The position numbers and the translations under genes are program-made. From positions 32,001 to 96,000 of the forward strand of contig JAHLVW010000045.1 of the NCBI GenBank assembly GCA_019058275.1: 64,000 bases of DNA, read 5' to 3'. Shown in pieces: positions 60,925-64,000 of this stretch. The notes under the pieces are model-generated. The model worked only from the letters and a program-made list of their open reading frames with translations. It was not told the origin of the DNA and searched no databases. Every line of letters starts with the position of its first letter. Position 1 is the stretch's first letter. The DNA is from Candidatus Heimdallarchaeota archaeon. GTDB taxonomy: Archaea; Asgardarchaeota; Heimdallarchaeia; JABLTI01.

Positions 60925-61545
60925 TCATCTTTTCATTTTTATTGGATCATTTCTCTCTTCATCATCTATTATTATAAACACTCCAACATTTCTTTTGATA
61001 TATTCCTCTGTCCATTCTTTCTTAATCCTCCATCCCCCTGTTGCAAACACACCATTATCCATATCGTAGAATGGTACATGTGTGTGGCTGATGATTAGTT
61101 TGTCTGTTGTCAATATCATTGGCAAGAAGTCAGAGCCTTTGTTTACTAATCGATTTTTTAGTGCATTTGCTGCTTGCCCCCATGTTTCATCTGCTCTTTT
61201 CACTAAACCGATATTATGTCCATGACAAACAATAATTCGCCCTTCCTTTGTGTTTAATATTGCCCATGGTAATACTTGAATGGTTGGGCAATCGAATAAT
61301 ATATTTCCTTCATGCCCCATCCCACCTGTTATGAAAATTATTTTTTCTTTCCATTTTTTATTGTCTATCCATTTTAAGAATCTCTTTAGCGCATTTTTTC
61401 CTTTTTCATCATAAGCATCTATAAAGTCGCCATTTAATATTATGAGATCTACTTTACTTGCAACACTTTCTATTGCTTCTTTAAACTCCTCCTCTAAGCA
61501 ACCATCTGCTCCTAAATGCGTATCACTAAATATCCCTGTCATCAT
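60925..61545 (-). CDS. Calcineurin-like metallophosphoesterase
   Basis: FSDTHLG, LNGDFID, GMGHE (variant GNH), CHGH, SHTH. Confidence 0.8.
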   Translation of the reverse strand: MMTGIFSDTHLGADGCLEEEFKEAIESVASKVDLIILNGDFIDAYDEKGKNALKRFLKWIDNKKWKEKIIFITGGMGHEGNILFDCPTIQVLPWAILNTKEGRIIVCHGHNIGLVKRADETWGQAANALKNRLVNKGSDFLPMILTTDKLIISHTHVPFYDMDNGVFATGGWRIKKEWTEEYIKRNVGVFIIIDDEERNDPIKMKR

Positions 61546-63883
61546 CTTTCCTTATCATCTCCTCAAGCATTTTTCTTGTGCTGTCTTTTACTTTTTCTGA
61601 AGTATTACTCGTTATTTGACTTATTTCCTCATCTGCACTCTCTTGCAATAAGTCATGCATTGCTCTTAACACTCGCTTTATTCTTGTAAAAACCGCTTCA
61701 GCATTTCCTAACTCCCCTCCTCGATCATAAAGGGCAATCTTGTTTTCATAATAATTTGTGTATGTACGAAATGATGACTCTGAGATATGAAGCTCTAATT
61801 CAATGCTTTTCATCAGCAATTCCTTTAACAATCTTATTGCTTGTTTCTTTTGTTCTTTTGAAAGAGCGTTTGTAAGACTTGCTACCTCAATAAGCATTCC
61901 ACTTGTTTTTTCATCCCAAATGTGATTTTGTAGTTCATTTTCTCTTTTTTCCCTATTAATTACTAATGGCGTTTCATTTTGAGTTGGACTCGTTGATTGG
62001 CTCTCAAGTAACTTCCCATCTTTTGAGTATCTCATTATTTCACTTGTTTCCCAACGAATGATCATCTCACCAAATCGTATTGTTAGCTTCTCAAGTTCCT
62101 GCACTCTTGATTGCCCGTCAATGATAAAAAGAGGTGGTTTCATCCTGTTTCGTTCAACTGCTGTTTTGTTTATGTTAAGTTTATCAACAATTACTTTTTC
62201 GTTAGCTAACCTTTTTACTCTGTAAACTTTACCTTTACTTCCTAGATGTAATAGGTTCCCTGGTAGGGCTGAAAAGATTATGCGGCGCTCATCTATCGAA
62301 GCAATTTTCTCACTCTGATTTTCGTTAGTATTGTCTATTATCTCCCATCGTGGTTCTATCGAGCGGATTCGATGTTTCCTGATAAAAGCATTGACCCCAT
62401 TTCTATTGGCAATAATCAAAGTCCTTTCAATAAAGGGCAAGTGATTGTTTTCAGTTGAAAGTAAACCTTTTGCAAACAATAATGCTATAGCTGTTCGTGT
62501 AATACTAGAATCTAATTCCTCTTTGCAAAAAGATAAAATATCATCAATCTTAGTTATGCCCAAAACCACCCTCAAGAGTACGAATGCTTGTGTTCTTTGC
62601 AGAGCTTTTGAGTCAAAGAGTATTCGTTCTGTTTTATTTTCTGTTAGAATCTCTTCTATTTTTTTGGGGTGATTCAAATAACAATTATCAATTGCTTTTT
62701 CATTATTGAATACTAATGAAAAATTCTTTTTCTTAGAAATATCTGAAAACCTTAATCTTCCCAATCGTTGTAATAGACCATTTACTCCTGTAATTGGCCA
62801 TGAAATATTTACTATATGAACGATATTTGGTATATCCATACCCAGCTCTAGTAATGATGTCGTAAAAACAAACCTTATTGTGCCATTATAAATTCCCTTC
62901 AGAATGTCTGTTTTTTCTTGACCAGTTAATTGACTATTAATACAAGCAAATGGCGAATGCCTTTGTAGGATTTCATCAGGTATGTTTGTTTTTTTCTTAA
63001 ATAGCTCATTACATTTTGCTACCAACTCACCTACCTTTTGGATATCATCAACAAAGATCACGCAAGCCCCTTTTACTCTTCGCAAGTAAGGGTCTAACTT
63101 CTCTAATAGCAAATCTTCAATTGATTCTGGTTGAAGAATCATTACTCGAATAGTTCCTCTTGTTGCATTTCCGGTTATTATTTGAGCAGTTGGAAGGAAT
63201 TTATCACGAAAGGTTTCTACTTCTTTTACTGTTGCAGAAGCTAGAACTACTCTTACTCTTGAATTTATCTTTTTCAAGATCGCAATCATTTCTCTAATAT
63301 GTGCTAGGTACCCTCCTGAACCTGCATGTATCTCATCAACAACAAAGACCCCAACATTAAGGAGCCAACTAAGAAAATCCTCATTGCCTTCTTTAAAAAA
63401 GCGATAGAACAATTTGTCTATGGTTGCTAGGAGGATTTTAGGTTTCTTCTTCTCTATTACTTCAATTTCTTTTCGAGTTAAATCTCCATTATATCTGCTA
63501 TATGTTATCTTTTTTCCAGTTACTTCAAAGATCTTATTGCAATATTTTGCAATACGTTGTTCTTGATCCTCAGCAAGCTGTTTTGTTGGGTAGATTATAA
63601 CAGCACAGTCTATTCTATTATTAGCAATGTCCTCAAAAATTGGAAATAAAAATGATTCAGATTTTCCTGAACCTGTTCCAACTGCGAGAAAACAATCATT
63701 TCTTTTGAGAATTGTGCTAATCGCTTCTAATTGATATTTATAGAGTTTATATGGCAATAATTCTTGGACACTTTTACCAATTATTTTCAAACCAACATCA
63801 TCATCACCTACATAATAATCAGACACCTCACAATTTGATGGTGGTAGATCAAACACTGATTTCACAGGAATTCCTTTTGACAT
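61526..63883 (-). CDS. SF2 DEAH-box helicase, MrfA/Hrq1/SftH-like (start ATG 63883)
   Basis: LYKYQ, GTGSGKS, YPTKQLAEDQ, VDEIH, SAT, TSLLELGMDI, QRLGR; DUF1998-like IALYDRGGELG tail; GGAGG SD. Confidence 0.82.
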   Translation of the reverse strand: MSKGIPVKSVFDLPPSNCEVSDYYVGDDDVGLKIIGKSVQELLPYKLYKYQLEAISTILKRNDCFLAVGTGSGKSESFLFPIFEDIANNRIDCAVIIYPTKQLAEDQEQRIAKYCNKIFEVTGKKITYSRYNGDLTRKEIEVIEKKKPKILLATIDKLFYRFFKEGNEDFLSWLLNVGVFVVDEIHAGSGGYLAHIREMIAILKKINSRVRVVLASATVKEVETFRDKFLPTAQIITGNATRGTIRVMILQPESIEDLLLEKLDPYLRRVKGACVIFVDDIQKVGELVAKCNELFKKKTNIPDEILQRHSPFACINSQLTGQEKTDILKGIYNGTIRFVFTTSLLELGMDIPNIVHIVNISWPITGVNGLLQRLGRLRFSDISKKKNFSLVFNNEKAIDNCYLNHPKKIEEILTENKTERILFDSKALQRTQAFVLLRVVLGITKIDDILSFCKEELDSSITRTAIALLFAKGLLSTENNHLPFIERTLIIANRNGVNAFIRKHRIRSIEPRWEIIDNTNENQSEKIASIDERRIIFSALPGNLLHLGSKGKVYRVKRLANEKVIVDKLNINKTAVERNRMKPPLFIIDGQSRVQELEKLTIRFGEMIIRWETSEIMRYSKDGKLLESQSTSPTQNETPLVINREKRENELQNHIWDEKTSGMLIEVASLTNALSKEQKKQAIRLLKELLMKSIELELHISESSFRTYTNYYENKIALYDRGGELGNAEAVFTRIKRVLRAMHDLLQESADEEISQITSNTSEKVKDSTRKMLEEMIRKDDDRDI

Positions 63884-63885
63884 CT

Positions 63886-63999
63886 TTATCCCTCCACCAA
63901 TCTTGCGCTGATAATGAACTCCCAAATTAACTCAACTTTATTTTTCAGAAATTTTTTGAATCCATCATCGAAACCTTCCGGTGAGTATGCTTCAACTAT
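63886..63999 (-). CDS. 3' end of an upstream gene running off the window, coupled to the helicase
   Basis: Open frame ...IVEAYSPEGFDDGFKKFLKNKVELIWEFIISARLVEG* stops 2 nt before the helicase ATG. Confidence 0.55.
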   Translation of the reverse strand: MVEAYSPEGFDDGFKKFLKNKVELIWEFIISARLVEG

Positions 64000-64000
64000 T

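Overview
AT-rich archaeal chromosome segment, most likely from an Asgard archaeon (probably Heimdallarchaeia). Evidence: a UEV + coiled-coil + steadiness-box Vps23/TSG101-like gene, NMD3-DUF424-aIF2beta, archaeal-type TrpRS and topoisomerase IA, and four intron-less tRNAs with encoded CCA (Leu-CAG, Ala-CGC, Thr-TGT, Pro-TGG). Core genes alternate with accessory patches. Short duplications of the tRNA-Leu and tRNA-Thr 3' ends, and of the tRNA-Pro promoter, delimit small integrase-free cassettes. A large redox locus at 34.4-46.6 kb has an HdrA carrying a GltD/NfnB-like insert, transcribed divergently from two tandem Cys-rich proteins, NuoE/F/G(HydC/B/A)-like genes and nfnAB. A MrfA/Hrq1-like helicase plus metallophosphoesterase operon abuts tRNA-Pro at the right edge. 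The most striking unannotated signal lies in front of trpS: a 16-codon leader ORF with two Trp codons (MFTLKIHLDITWRDWF), embedded in mutually exclusive RNA hairpins, one of them followed by U6. This is a candidate bacterial-style, ribosome-mediated tryptophan attenuator in an archaeon. All calls are by eye from motifs; no database searches or folding programs were run.
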